A stretch of DNA of 64,000 nucleotides from an uncultured Pseudomonadales bacterium (lineage in GTDB: Bacteria; Patescibacteriota; Microgenomatia; UBA1400; PJMF01): NCBI GenBank assembly GCA_964393205.1, contig CAYMSV010000001.1, positions 103,440 through 167,439 on the forward strand, in the 5' to 3' direction. The notes below the pieces were generated by a model. It ran no database searches. It had not been told where the DNA came from and worked only from the letters and a program-made list of their open reading frames with translations. Shown here piece by piece: positions 45,854 to 55,356 of this stretch; position 1 is the stretch's first letter; each line of letters begins with the position of its first letter. The translations under genes were made by a program, and so were the position numbers.

Positions 45854-47245
45854 TTATTGTAAAAGATTTTGCTCTCTTAGTCTAGTATGCTGCTTTTTGG
45901 CGAAACGATGGGCCTCATCTCTTAAACGAACAACTAGGTGAAGAGTTGGATGGTTGCTGGGCAACTTGATTTCAATGCTTCGCCACCCGTTATTGGGTTT
46001 TTCTTGATTTTTTGGACGAAGTAAAACTAACCGATCTGGATTTTTAACTACAGATACAATTGGACAATTGAAAAATTGAGGATTTTTTTGCCAAACACGC
46101 TGAGCACTGCGCAACTGTCCTTTACCTCCATCAATGACTATTAAATCTGGTCTACCCCACTCTGGGTGTTTTTGCCTGCGCAATAGTGCTTCTTGCAACA
46201 TAGCATAGTCGTTAGGAGTGGCCTGTTGACGAATTTTAAAGAATTTATACTCACTTTTTTCAGGCTGGCCATCAATAAAACAAACCATGGAAACAGTAGC
46301 TTGTTGTCCTTGAGTATTGCTAACATCATAAGCTTCTATGCGTTGAAAACGATATTTTAAATCAACTATGCCCTGCTGATGCATAATTTGGCGCAAGTGC
46401 ACCAATGCCTCTTCTTGGATTTTCTTGGTTAAATTGGGCAAGATTAAATCAGGTTTTAAACGATACTGTTCTTGAGTAATTTCATTAATTAAATCAATTT
46501 TATTTTTAATTTTTTGTGCTTCTTCAAAATTTTCAGATTTTGCCAAGTTTTTCATTTCTTGAGTCAATTGTTTAATCAAATTTTTATTTTGACCACGAAG
46601 AAGTAATATTAGTTGTTTAATATTATCTTGGTAAGATGATGAATCAATTTTATTGCAACAAGCTCCAGGACAAAGCTCTAGATGATAATAAAGGCAAGCT
46701 TTATTTTCTTTTTTGTTTTTTTTATTACACCAGGGAAAGATTTGTCTAGCTATTTTTAATAATTCATCAACTTTATAACTACTAGCAAAAGGACCTAAAA
46801 TGGCCATGGATTTTTGAAACTGTTTCTTTTTTAAATCAGTTTTTCGCAGTCGTAATAATTTTGGATAATCTTCTTGAGTAAAAAAAAGATAAAGTCGAGA
46901 TTTATCGTCTTTGAGTAGACTGTTGTAAAAAGGTTGATGAGCTCTAATTAATTCTGCCTCAATCAGCAGAGCTTGAAGTTCGCTTTTTAGAATCTGAGTT
47001 CTGACTGTCTTGGCCTTTTTGACTAATTGTTGGATCTTGGCTGAGAGCTGAGGATAGCGAGTGTAACTCTTGATCCTTTTCTTCAAGTTTTTGGCTTTGC
47101 CGACGTAAAGTACTTGTGAGTCTGCGTCCAAAAAGGAATAAACTCCCGGCTGCGAGGGCAAGGACGACAAGTCCTGCGCCCAGGAAAAGTATTTTTTCTG
47201 GGTTTTCAACAGTGATTTTTCCGAACCCTTTGACTTCGACTTCAT
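45854..47245 (-). CDS. uvrC: Excinuclease ABC subunit C, shortened (GIY-YIG + UvrBC-interaction + endonuclease domains; C-terminal (HhH)2 domain absent)
   Basis: PGVYSFLDADSQVLYVGKAKNLKKRIKSY (GIY-YIG), Cys-rich segment, FEEAQKIKNKI (UVR domain), RIEAYDVSNTQGQQATVSMVCF and VIDGGKGQL (RNase H-like endonuclease), ends RLRDEAHRFA…; start codon uncertain because of the overlap with the upstream gene. Confidence 0.8.
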   Translation of the reverse strand: MKSKSKGSEKSLLKTQKKYFSWAQDLSSLPSQPGVYSFLDADSQVLYVGKAKNLKKRIKSYTRYPQLSAKIQQLVKKAKTVRTQILKSELQALLIEAELIRAHQPFYNSLLKDDKSRLYLFFTQEDYPKLLRLRKTDLKKKQFQKSMAILGPFASSYKVDELLKIARQIFPWCNKKNKKENKACLYYHLELCPGACCNKIDSSSYQDNIKQLILLLRGQNKNLIKQLTQEMKNLAKSENFEEAQKIKNKIDLINEITQEQYRLKPDLILPNLTKKIQEEALVHLRQIMHQQGIVDLKYRFQRIEAYDVSNTQGQQATVSMVCFIDGQPEKSEYKFFKIRQQATPNDYAMLQEALLRRQKHPEWGRPDLIVIDGGKGQLRSAQRVWQKNPQFFNCPIVSVVKNPDRLVLLRPKNQEKPNNGWRSIEIKLPSNHPTLHLVVRLRDEAHRFAKKQHTRLREQNLLQ

Positions 47246-49022
47246 GATTAAAAATTTCTCCTTTTTGTAATTGAATGTTGAGGTTTAATTTTGATTTCTT
47301 GCTAATCAAACCATCTTTATTATAAACGCTTAAAGGAATTTCTAAATTTTGAAAAGGAACAATTAAGTTTGGCCAGTCTTCTTCTTGACTAACAATTAGC
47401 TCATCACTGTCAAAAGTAAATTTAGCAAAATACCAAACTTGTCCTGTTGGATTGCTAAGAACTAAAGAATATTTTCCAGGAATATCAAAGTTTAATAGTT
47501 GTTGTTCTTTTAACTCAATATTAATTTCTGGCTGAATGTTTGGAAAATCATTCTGACTAAATTCAACATAGATCTTTTTTTCTTGAGCTTCTTTTTCGCT
47601 TAAATAAGAACCCGCTGGGTAAGGCAAAACACTAGAAACACCATTGATTGCGAAAGTAATATGATTGAGATCGAATTTAGAAAAATAATCAATTCCACCA
47701 GTGGTATTTTGCCAGGTTGGATCAATTTCTTGCCAGCTATTGTTTTCAAAGTTATAAAAGGCTGGCCAAGCATGTAATACATCACCAACCACACTAATTG
47801 GTCTCAATTCTTCATTACTACTATAAGCATAACCAACAATTCTTTTAGCTGGAATTTGTTTAATCCTCGCCAAGGTAACAAATAGATCTGTAAATTCTTG
47901 ACAGGTGGCAAAAATTCTATTTTCTGGTAAGAAGCTATTAGCAGCGCCTAGGCGATAAAATTGTGCGTTCAAATTTTCTTCTGTATATTCAAGATTTTCT
48001 ACTACAAACTGATTAATATCACTAGCACTATTTAATGTCGAAGCGGCTTCTTTTAAATCTGGGCTATCTATTTCCCAAAATTTTTGAGCAGTGAGGTGAG
48101 CTGGTAAAACTGGAGCTGGTTTGATACCAGAATCTGCCTCTAGTCTTAATAAAATTTGGGCTAAAAGCTCAACTTTAAAAGAATTATTGGCTGGAATTTC
48201 ATAGGTAGCTATAAAATTACCATCAAGATCTACTTTAATATTTTTCGGTAAAGGATCTAATTGGTGATAGTGAATTTTTTGTTTAGGGGTTTCAGGAGGT
48301 AAAGTGATCTGAGTAAGAGCGTTTTGACTATTTGGATTATCCAAATAATAACTCAGTTTCAGATCAAAAACTTGTTCTTCACCAAAGATGGCGCTAACTG
48401 CTTGTCCCTCAAGTTTGTCATAATGAAAAGTATCAAAATCTCCAGCTTGTTTAATAGTAAAATCACTGGGACTAATTCGATTGGCAGGACCAAAAATATT
48501 TGGTATTACTAAATTTAGTCGGTATTGATCATATTGCTCTGGATCTGCTAAAGCAGGAATGTTAACTTCTAAAATTTTACCGCTAATGTTAGCAATATCA
48601 CTATCAAGGTAGCTAATAATTAATTCTCGACTTTTTCCTTCTCCCAGTATTTGTTCTTCGAAGGTAACACCAATGCTGGTTTGGCCTGTCAATTTACTAA
48701 CTTGCGGTTCCAATGGAGTTCCATTATCAGTAACTTTAATGTTCTCTAGGTTGGTAGAACTGACAATAATTCCGTATCTATTAATAAAATATTCAGGAGT
48801 GAGATTGCGTATGGTAAATTTTTGAGTTACTAAAGTTTTTCCATTAGCATTGACTCGATAAGTGCTGTCTAGATTGATAGTGAAGTTTTTATCTTCATCA
48901 GTTGCAGAGATTGGTTTAGTAAATAGATGGTTGCTAAAAAGAACAGTTAAAAAAAATAAGCTGATCAAAAACAGAAATCTTTTTTTGGAGATTATTCTAC
49001 TAAATAATTTACTAATAGACAT
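46959..49022 (-). CDS. Transglutaminase-like (Cys-His-Asp papain-fold) domain membrane protein with N-terminal signal/TM and C-terminal TM anchor
   Basis: Core …FATCQEFTDLFVTLARIKQIPAKRIVGYAYS…VLHAWPAFYNFENNSWQEIDPTW… (catalytic C, H, D in TGase-like spacing); C-terminal TM and S/Q-rich tail are encoded out of frame over the uvrC 5' region. Confidence 0.6.
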   Translation of the reverse strand: MSISKLFSRIISKKRFLFLISLFFLTVLFSNHLFTKPISATDEDKNFTINLDSTYRVNANGKTLVTQKFTIRNLTPEYFINRYGIIVSSTNLENIKVTDNGTPLEPQVSKLTGQTSIGVTFEEQILGEGKSRELIISYLDSDIANISGKILEVNIPALADPEQYDQYRLNLVIPNIFGPANRISPSDFTIKQAGDFDTFHYDKLEGQAVSAIFGEEQVFDLKLSYYLDNPNSQNALTQITLPPETPKQKIHYHQLDPLPKNIKVDLDGNFIATYEIPANNSFKVELLAQILLRLEADSGIKPAPVLPAHLTAQKFWEIDSPDLKEAASTLNSASDINQFVVENLEYTEENLNAQFYRLGAANSFLPENRIFATCQEFTDLFVTLARIKQIPAKRIVGYAYSSNEELRPISVVGDVLHAWPAFYNFENNSWQEIDPTWQNTTGGIDYFSKFDLNHITFAINGVSSVLPYPAGSYLSEKEAQEKKIYVEFSQNDFPNIQPEINIELKEQQLLNFDIPGKYSLVLSNPTGQVWYFAKFTFDSDELIVSQEEDWPNLIVPFQNLEIPLSVYNKDGLISKKSKLNLNIQLQKGEIFNHEVEVKGFGKITVENPEKILFLGAGLVVLALAAGSLFLFGRRLTSTLRRQSQKLEEKDQELHSLSSALSQDPTISQKGQDSQNSDSKKRTSSSAD

Positions 49023-49044
49023 TAAATTAATTGTAGCTGAAAAA

Positions 49045-52023
49045 TTAGTTTGAAGCTAATTCGGCTTTTAAATATTTAGCAGTTAAGGAGTGTTTTTTTT
49101 GACTTAATTGTTCAGCTGTGCCTGTAGCAAGCACTTCTCCACCAGCATCACCACCTCCGGGTCCTAGATCGATAATCCAATCAGCGTTTTTAATAACATC
49201 TAAATTATGTTCGATAACAATTACTGTATTATCTTGTTTAACTAATTTATGTAATACATTGAGTAGTTTCTGAATGTCAGCAAAATGTAAGCCAGTAGTG
49301 GGCTCATCTAATAAATAGATAGTGTGATCATGGCTTTTAATACTTAACTCTTTCGCCAATTTGACTCGTTGAGCTTCACCACCACTGAGAGTTGGAGCGC
49401 TTTGCCCAAGTTTTAAATAACCCAGTCCAACCGCTTTGAGGGTGGCTAGTTTGTGGCGAATTAATGAATGATTTTTGAAAAAATCATGTGCCTCATCAAT
49501 GGTTAGATCTAAAACTTCGGCTATGTTTTTTTCTTGATAACGTACTTGTAGTGTTTCTTTGTTATAGCGTTGACCGTGACAAACATCACATTCTACATAA
49601 ACATCTGGTAAAAATTGCATCTCAATTTTAATTTGTCCTTCTCCCTGACAAGCTTCACAACGACCACCCTTAACATTAAAACTAAAGCGACCAACCTTAT
49701 AAGCTCGTATTTGAGCATCTTTAGTATTAGCGAACACTTTCCGAATATAGTCAAAGGTTTTAGTATAGGTGGCGGGGTTGGAACGAGGGGTTTGACCAAT
49801 AGGACTTTGATCTATTAAACTCAAGCGTTTAACTTTTTCTGGAACAATTAATTGTTCGATTTTTGCTAACTGACCATCGTAGCTTTTACCCAAATATTTG
49901 GCTAAGTGATTGTGCAAAACATTGTCTAAAAGAGTTGATTTGCCCGATCCCGAAACACCGGTAATACAAGTGAAAGTGTTGAGTGGAAAATCGACATCAA
50001 TTTGTTTGAGGTTATGATGAGCTGCTCCACGAAATGAAATTTTTGAGCGTTCAAAAACACTAGCCACTGTGGCTTCTGGATCAATTACTTGTCTTTGCTC
50101 TTTTTTGTCTTGGCGAAGGATTTTTTTCTGGCGAGATAGATATTGAGCCGTTAAAGTTTTTTCTTTGAGTAGTTCTTGATAAGTGCCAGTAAAGACGATA
50201 TTGCCACCTTCTTGACCAGCTAAAGGACCAAAATCAACAATGAAGTCAGCAGCAGCCATAATATCTCGATCGTGTTCAACGACAACCACCGTATTACCCT
50301 TATCTCGCAGTTCTTGTAAGGTTTTAATCAGGCGATGATTGTCGCGTTGATGTAGACCAATGGTTGGTTCATCCAAAATATAGAGTACTCCAGTAAGTCC
50401 AGTGCCAATTTGTGAGGCCAAACGAATTCGCTGCGCCTCTCCTCCAGCCAAGCTGCCTGCTTCTCTGGAAATGGTTAAATAATTGAGACCTACTGCACTC
50501 AAAAAGTGTAAACGACTGTAAATTTCTTTGAGAATTGTTTCAGCAATACTCACTTCTTTTTGACTGAGAATTTTTTCTTGGTTTTTTTGTAATTTGGCAA
50601 TCCATTCTAAAGCTTGGTCTATGGTTAATTGGCTAACTTCAGCAATGTTTTTTTCATCAATATGTACAGATAAGGCTTCTGCTTTTAAACGGTCACCCTG
50701 ACAACTAGGACAGGTTTCCTTATGCATAAATGAGGCAATTTCTTTACGGATATATTCACTGTCAGTCTCTCCATAACGTCGTTCTAGATTGTTAACAAAA
50801 CCTTCAAATTTAGTTTCAAAACTAGTTTCATGACCAAAGCGATTTTCTCCAACTACTTCATAAATTTTGTCGCTACCATAAAGTAAAGTTTGTTGAAATT
50901 TTTCGTCCATATCTTCCCAGGTGGTTTTGCGAAAATCATAATTTGCTGCTTCAACAACTTGTTTAACTAAACGAGAGAACCAAGTGTCATTACTCATAGT
51001 ACGGGCAAAAGGAATCACTGCCCCTTCACTAAGAGTGAGACCAGGAGCAATAATTTTTTGCTGATTTATTTTTAAAATTGAGCCTAGACCATTACAGGTT
51101 TCGCAAGCACCTTCTGGAGCATTAAAAGAAAACAATCTTGGTTCTAACTCTTTAAGTGAAACGCCACAGTCACTACAAGCTAGATTTTCACTAAACAATT
51201 GTTCACTAGTTTTTTGCGGACGTTCTGGAAAGTCAAAACCAGTATCTTCAACCCAGACTAGTAAAACTAAACCGTCAGCTAAACGTAGCGCATCTTCTAC
51301 AGATTGATTGAAGCGCGAGCGAAGCGAGCGCTTCTCTTCTTCATCTTTTAATTGTTTATGACTTAGAACAAAACGATCTACTACAGCCTCAATACTATGT
51401 TTATTAGTTTTAATTAAGGTTAGGGGCTCTTCTAAATTATAAATTTGACCATCAATTCTTGCTCTGGTGTAGCCTTTTTTGATTAAATTATTTAATAAGC
51501 CGTCAAACTCACCTTTGCGATTTTTGACCACCGGAGATAATAAAAGAATTTTTTGAGGATCAGCAGAATTACTTTGGAAACGTTTCTCAATTTGTTGAAA
51601 AATTTGCTCGATAATTTGGTCAATGCTTTGGGTAGAGATTTCTTGACCACATTTGGGACAATGAGGATGACCAACTCTAGCAAATAATAAACGCAGGTAA
51701 TCATAGATTTCAGTAATAGTGCCGACGGTAGAGCGAGGGTTGTGAGAGGTGGTTTTTTGATCTATAGAAATAGCTGGTGACAGACCATCAATTTGATCAA
51801 CATCGGGTTTGCTCATGACGCCCAAAAATTGTCTAGCATAGGAACTGAGTGATTCAACATAGCGTCGTTGTCCTTCGGCATAAAGGGTGTCAAAAGCTAA
51901 GGAGCTTTTACCCGATCCAGAAAGTCCAGTAAAAACAATTAATTTATTTTTTGGTAATTCCAAATCAATATTTTTGAGATTGTGTTCGCGAGCGCCGGTG
52001 ATTTTAATGGTTGATTGTGACAT
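49045..52023 (-). CDS. uvrA: Excinuclease ABC subunit A
   Basis: Two ABC ATPase modules (GLSGSGKSS, GVSGSGKST), zinc-finger Cys clusters, signature LSGGEAQR x2; 992 aa. Confidence 0.95.
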   Translation of the reverse strand: MSQSTIKITGAREHNLKNIDLELPKNKLIVFTGLSGSGKSSLAFDTLYAEGQRRYVESLSSYARQFLGVMSKPDVDQIDGLSPAISIDQKTTSHNPRSTVGTITEIYDYLRLLFARVGHPHCPKCGQEISTQSIDQIIEQIFQQIEKRFQSNSADPQKILLLSPVVKNRKGEFDGLLNNLIKKGYTRARIDGQIYNLEEPLTLIKTNKHSIEAVVDRFVLSHKQLKDEEEKRSLRSRFNQSVEDALRLADGLVLLVWVEDTGFDFPERPQKTSEQLFSENLACSDCGVSLKELEPRLFSFNAPEGACETCNGLGSILKINQQKIIAPGLTLSEGAVIPFARTMSNDTWFSRLVKQVVEAANYDFRKTTWEDMDEKFQQTLLYGSDKIYEVVGENRFGHETSFETKFEGFVNNLERRYGETDSEYIRKEIASFMHKETCPSCQGDRLKAEALSVHIDEKNIAEVSQLTIDQALEWIAKLQKNQEKILSQKEVSIAETILKEIYSRLHFLSAVGLNYLTISREAGSLAGGEAQRIRLASQIGTGLTGVLYILDEPTIGLHQRDNHRLIKTLQELRDKGNTVVVVEHDRDIMAAADFIVDFGPLAGQEGGNIVFTGTYQELLKEKTLTAQYLSRQKKILRQDKKEQRQVIDPEATVASVFERSKISFRGAAHHNLKQIDVDFPLNTFTCITGVSGSGKSTLLDNVLHNHLAKYLGKSYDGQLAKIEQLIVPEKVKRLSLIDQSPIGQTPRSNPATYTKTFDYIRKVFANTKDAQIRAYKVGRFSFNVKGGRCEACQGEGQIKIEMQFLPDVYVECDVCHGQRYNKETLQVRYQEKNIAEVLDLTIDEAHDFFKNHSLIRHKLATLKAVGLGYLKLGQSAPTLSGGEAQRVKLAKELSIKSHDHTIYLLDEPTTGLHFADIQKLLNVLHKLVKQDNTVIVIEHNLDVIKNADWIIDLGPGGGDAGGEVLATGTAEQLSQKKHSLTAKYLKAELASN

Positions 52024-52038
52024 TTTTGTGAATGGGTA

Positions 52039-54165
52039 TTATAGCAGCTTTAGTTCGGCAATTTTGTCTCTAATAATAGCAGCTAGTTCAAAATCTAAAT
52101 CGCTAGCAGCTCTGTTCATTTGTTGGCGCAATTGTTTAACTAATTTAACTCTTTCATCGGGAGTTAAATTTTGAGCATCAATGGCCATTAAATTAAGCCT
52201 AGTGCTTTTGTTAATTTGCAAATAAATAGCTTTTTTATTATTATATTTTTTTGTTCGATTTAGCTCTTTTTCCCACTCACCTCCATCTTTTTCTCTTTGC
52301 AGTAATTTTTCTCTAATTGGTTTGTTGATACTAATTGGATCGATATTATGTTCTTGGTTATAAGCTAGTTGTTTGTGGCGGCGACGTGCAGTTTCGTCAA
52401 TAGCTTTTTGCATTGATTTAGTCATTTTATCAGCGTACAAAATTGCCAATCCATTTAGGTGGCGCGCTGCTCTACCAATGGTTTGAATGAGGGCAATATC
52501 GTTGCGCAAAAAACCTTCTTTATCAGCATCTAAAATACCAATTAAACTAACTTCTGGTAAATCCAAACCCTCTCTTAATAAATTAATACCAACTAAAACA
52601 TCGTAGGTGCCACTGCGTAAATCATCTAAAATATCACTGCGATCTAGGGTTTCTATGTCGGAATGTAAATAAGCGACTTTTGGTAGGCGTTTAGGGTTTT
52701 TAGTAACTAATTTTTTAACTTTTTTTGGATCGTTTAAATAATCAGTTAGAGCCTCAGCCATTTTTTTAGTGAGAGTAGTAACTAAAGTTCTTTCTCCCAA
52801 CTCTACTCTTTTAATTACTTCTTTAATTAGGTTTTCAATTTGATTTTGACTGCTTCTAACTTCAACTTTTGGATCAACTAGACCCGTTGGTCTAATTAGC
52901 TGTTCAACAACTTCTCCTTGGCTTTTATTAATTTCCCACTCCTTAGGAGTAGCAGATAAATAAATTATTTGTTGTTGTCTTTTTAAGAACTCATTGAAGT
53001 TGAGTGGTCGATTATCCATGGCACTGGGTAAGCGAAAACCATATTCAATTAAAGTTTCTTTGCGTGATCGATCACCAAAAAACATCCCCTTAATTTGAGG
53101 GATGGTCATGTGACTTTCATCAATGACAGTTAAAAAAGATTTTTTAGCAAATTTCTTTTGATTGAAGTTTAAATAATCAATTAAAGTATAGGGTGGTTCT
53201 CCAGCTTGGCGACCATCAAAATATTTTGAGTAGTTTTCGATACCATTAACAAAACCAAATTCTTCAATTCTTTCTAAATCGTAATTGACTTTTTGTTGCA
53301 AGCGATAAGCTTCTAGAGTTTTTCCAAGTGTTGTTAATTCTTCAATTCTTTTACTGGTATCTTGACGGATTTCTTTAAGAGCATCTTTTTGAGTTTGGGG
53401 ATTGAGTAAGTAGTGCTTGGCTGGATAAATGACAAAATGTTTCCTTGCTTTTTGTCCAGGCGCTATAGGAAGTTTTTGACCAGAGATAGGATCGATTTCA
53501 TCAATTTTATTAATTTTATTACTTAAGGTATCGATTCTAATGGCAGTGTCGCTATAAGCTGGCCAAATTTGGATGGTGTCTCCCCTGAGTCGATAGGTGC
53601 CACGTTCTAAATCAGTGCTGCTGCGTTCATATTGCAGACTACTTAATTGCAAAAGCAAGGTTTTTCTTTCAATCAATTCTCCCTCAACTATTTCTAAGAT
53701 AAATTTTCCGTATTCAGCTGGAGAACCTAAGTTATAAATACAAGAAACAGATGCAACTACGATATTGTCGGGTCTAGTTAGCAAATTGGTGGTAGCAGCT
53801 AAGCGCAGTTTATCAATTTCATCATTGATCATTGCCTCTTTTTCAATATAGGTGTCACTACTGGGTAAATAAGCTTCTGGTTGATAATAATCATAATAAG
53901 AAACAAAATAAGAAACAGCATTTTTTGGAAAAAAATCACGCAGTTCTTGATAAAGTTGAGCAGCCAAAGTTTTATTGTGAGCAATCACAAGGGTTGGTCT
54001 TTGAGTTTGAGCAATAACATTAGCAACAGTAAAGGTTTTGCCAGAACCAGTAACACCTAAGAGAACTTGGTGTTTTTTTTCTGCTTCAATTCCAGCACTC
54101 AACTTCTCAATTGCTTGAGGCTGATCACCGGTTGGTTGATATTTAGCTGCTAGTTTAAATTTCAT
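52039..54165 (-). CDS. uvrB: Excinuclease ABC subunit B
   Basis: Helicase motifs (GVTGSGKTFT, DESH), beta-hairpin region, C-terminal UVR domain (…AIIRDKIAELK…); 708 aa. Confidence 0.95.
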   Translation of the reverse strand: MKFKLAAKYQPTGDQPQAIEKLSAGIEAEKKHQVLLGVTGSGKTFTVANVIAQTQRPTLVIAHNKTLAAQLYQELRDFFPKNAVSYFVSYYDYYQPEAYLPSSDTYIEKEAMINDEIDKLRLAATTNLLTRPDNIVVASVSCIYNLGSPAEYGKFILEIVEGELIERKTLLLQLSSLQYERSSTDLERGTYRLRGDTIQIWPAYSDTAIRIDTLSNKINKIDEIDPISGQKLPIAPGQKARKHFVIYPAKHYLLNPQTQKDALKEIRQDTSKRIEELTTLGKTLEAYRLQQKVNYDLERIEEFGFVNGIENYSKYFDGRQAGEPPYTLIDYLNFNQKKFAKKSFLTVIDESHMTIPQIKGMFFGDRSRKETLIEYGFRLPSAMDNRPLNFNEFLKRQQQIIYLSATPKEWEINKSQGEVVEQLIRPTGLVDPKVEVRSSQNQIENLIKEVIKRVELGERTLVTTLTKKMAEALTDYLNDPKKVKKLVTKNPKRLPKVAYLHSDIETLDRSDILDDLRSGTYDVLVGINLLREGLDLPEVSLIGILDADKEGFLRNDIALIQTIGRAARHLNGLAILYADKMTKSMQKAIDETARRRHKQLAYNQEHNIDPISINKPIREKLLQREKDGGEWEKELNRTKKYNNKKAIYLQINKSTRLNLMAIDAQNLTPDERVKLVKQLRQQMNRAASDLDFELAAIIRDKIAELKLL

Positions 54166-54250
54166 TTTTTATTTGATTTTATTTGTTTTATTTTTAGTTT
54201 TTTTAACACTAAGGCAACCCTCCATTATACCTCACTTTTAAAGCTGCTTG

Positions 54251-54278
54251 TTGCCTCGCATAAATTCTCTAATATAAT
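54251..54278 (+). promoter_or_regulatory. Sigma70-type promoter (TTGCCT-16 nt-TATAAT) whose -10 overlaps the first ATG of the methyltransferase ORF; probable leaderless transcript starting at the second ATG (54286)
   Basis: TTGCCT 54251-54256, TATAAT 54273-54278, ATGs at 54277 and 54286. Confidence 0.35.
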
Positions 54279-55035
54279 GACAAAGATGTCTTTTATATCT
54301 AATTTAGAGAAAAAATTAGTACACAGTTTTTATTTGCTTCCGCCCGATATTCATGAACGGCAACGCTTCATTGCTAGTAAAATTTCTCGAAATCAAAAGA
54401 TTCTAGATGTGGGTGGCGAACAAGCAATTTTGCAAGAAATTGCTCAAGCTAAGGATTATTATCAGGTTAATATTGCTGATGAAATTAATCAGTCGCCAAA
54501 GTATTTAAAAAATAATGTTAAAAGTTTGTATTATGATGGCAAAAAATTGCCTTTTAAAAACCAAAGCTTTGACGTGATAGTTTGTGTTGATGTTTTAGAA
54601 CATGTATCTAAGAAAGATAGAATGGACTTAATTAAAGAAATGTTGCGAGTGAGCAAAAAAAAGTTAATCTGCTCTGCTCCTTTGGGAACTAAAGAACACA
54701 TTGCGGCTGAAAAAGAACTTTACCAAGCTGTGAGTGACAAAAAACAGGTAGCTTTTTTGCAAGATCATATTAAGCATGGCCTTCCCTCTCCAACAGAGAT
54801 AAAAAAATGGCAGGATAGTTTTAATGCAGAACTGATATTTAGTGGTAATTGTCGTTGGTCAAATTTTCTTTACAAGTTGCAAATTAGCCAATTAAAAATT
54901 AAGGGATTGAGTCATTTATATTTTTTTTGTAAATTGTTTTTTTATGCTTTGTGTAATGTATTTCTTTATCCATTTTTATTTAGAAAGAAACATTCTTCTT
55001 ACACCAATCGCTTTTATTTGGTGATTAATAAATAA
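54277..55035 (+). CDS. Class I SAM-dependent methyltransferase (Methyltransf_11-like)
   Basis: Motif I ILDVGGEQ, motif II/III DVIVCVDVLEHV; 252 aa (true start possibly at 54286). Confidence 0.7.
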   Translation: MTKMSFISNLEKKLVHSFYLLPPDIHERQRFIASKISRNQKILDVGGEQAILQEIAQAKDYYQVNIADEINQSPKYLKNNVKSLYYDGKKLPFKNQSFDVIVCVDVLEHVSKKDRMDLIKEMLRVSKKKLICSAPLGTKEHIAAEKELYQAVSDKKQVAFLQDHIKHGLPSPTEIKKWQDSFNAELIFSGNCRWSNFLYKLQISQLKIKGLSHLYFFCKLFFYALCNVFLYPFLFRKKHSSYTNRFYLVINK

Positions 55036-55156
55036 ACATTACCCAGGAAAAATTATTGATCAGCCCATAAATGCTGATTTTTAGTTTGTCTAATACTTGG
55101 GCTTTTAGTATAATGCAAGAGCTAAATAGACCAGAGATAAATTAATTGGTTTATAA

Positions 55157-55230
55157 GCGTCGGTAGCTCAGCTGGATAGAGCAACTGCCTTCTAAGCAGT
55201 AGGTCGTGGGTTCGAATCCCTCCCGACGTA
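55157..55230 (+). tRNA. tRNA-Arg (anticodon TCT)
   Basis: Hand-folded: D-arm GCTCAGCTGGATAGAGC and anticodon arm ACTGC-CTTCTAA-GCAGT are perfect, T-loop TTCGAAT. The acceptor stem would need a G1-U72 wobble pair and the T-stem has one U-U mismatch, so a folding program should confirm it. Confidence 0.6.
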
Positions 55231-55257
55231 CGCTTTGTTATAATACAAAGTCTAATC

Positions 55258-55335
55258 GGTGGCTGTAGCTCAGTTGGTTAGAGCGCCGCTCTGTGAAAGC
55301 GGAGGTCGCGGGTTCAAGTCTCGTCAGCCACCCCA
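55258..55335 (+). tRNA. tRNA-His (anticodon GTG) with encoded G-1 and 3' CCA
   Basis: Extra 5' G pairing with discriminator C, acceptor GTGGCTG/CAGCCAC, anticodon arm CCGCT-CTGTGAA-AGCGG, T-loop TTCAAGT, followed directly by CCA. Confidence 0.8.
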
Positions 55336-55356
55336 AAATTCTTTAGTCTCTATGGA

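Noticed and set aside
54166-54250. uvrB promoter (minus strand TATAAT at about 54230 followed by GGAGG)
   Set aside because: No acceptable -35 at 16-18 nt, and the SD-like GGAGG is about 50 nt from the ATG. It is too weak to call.
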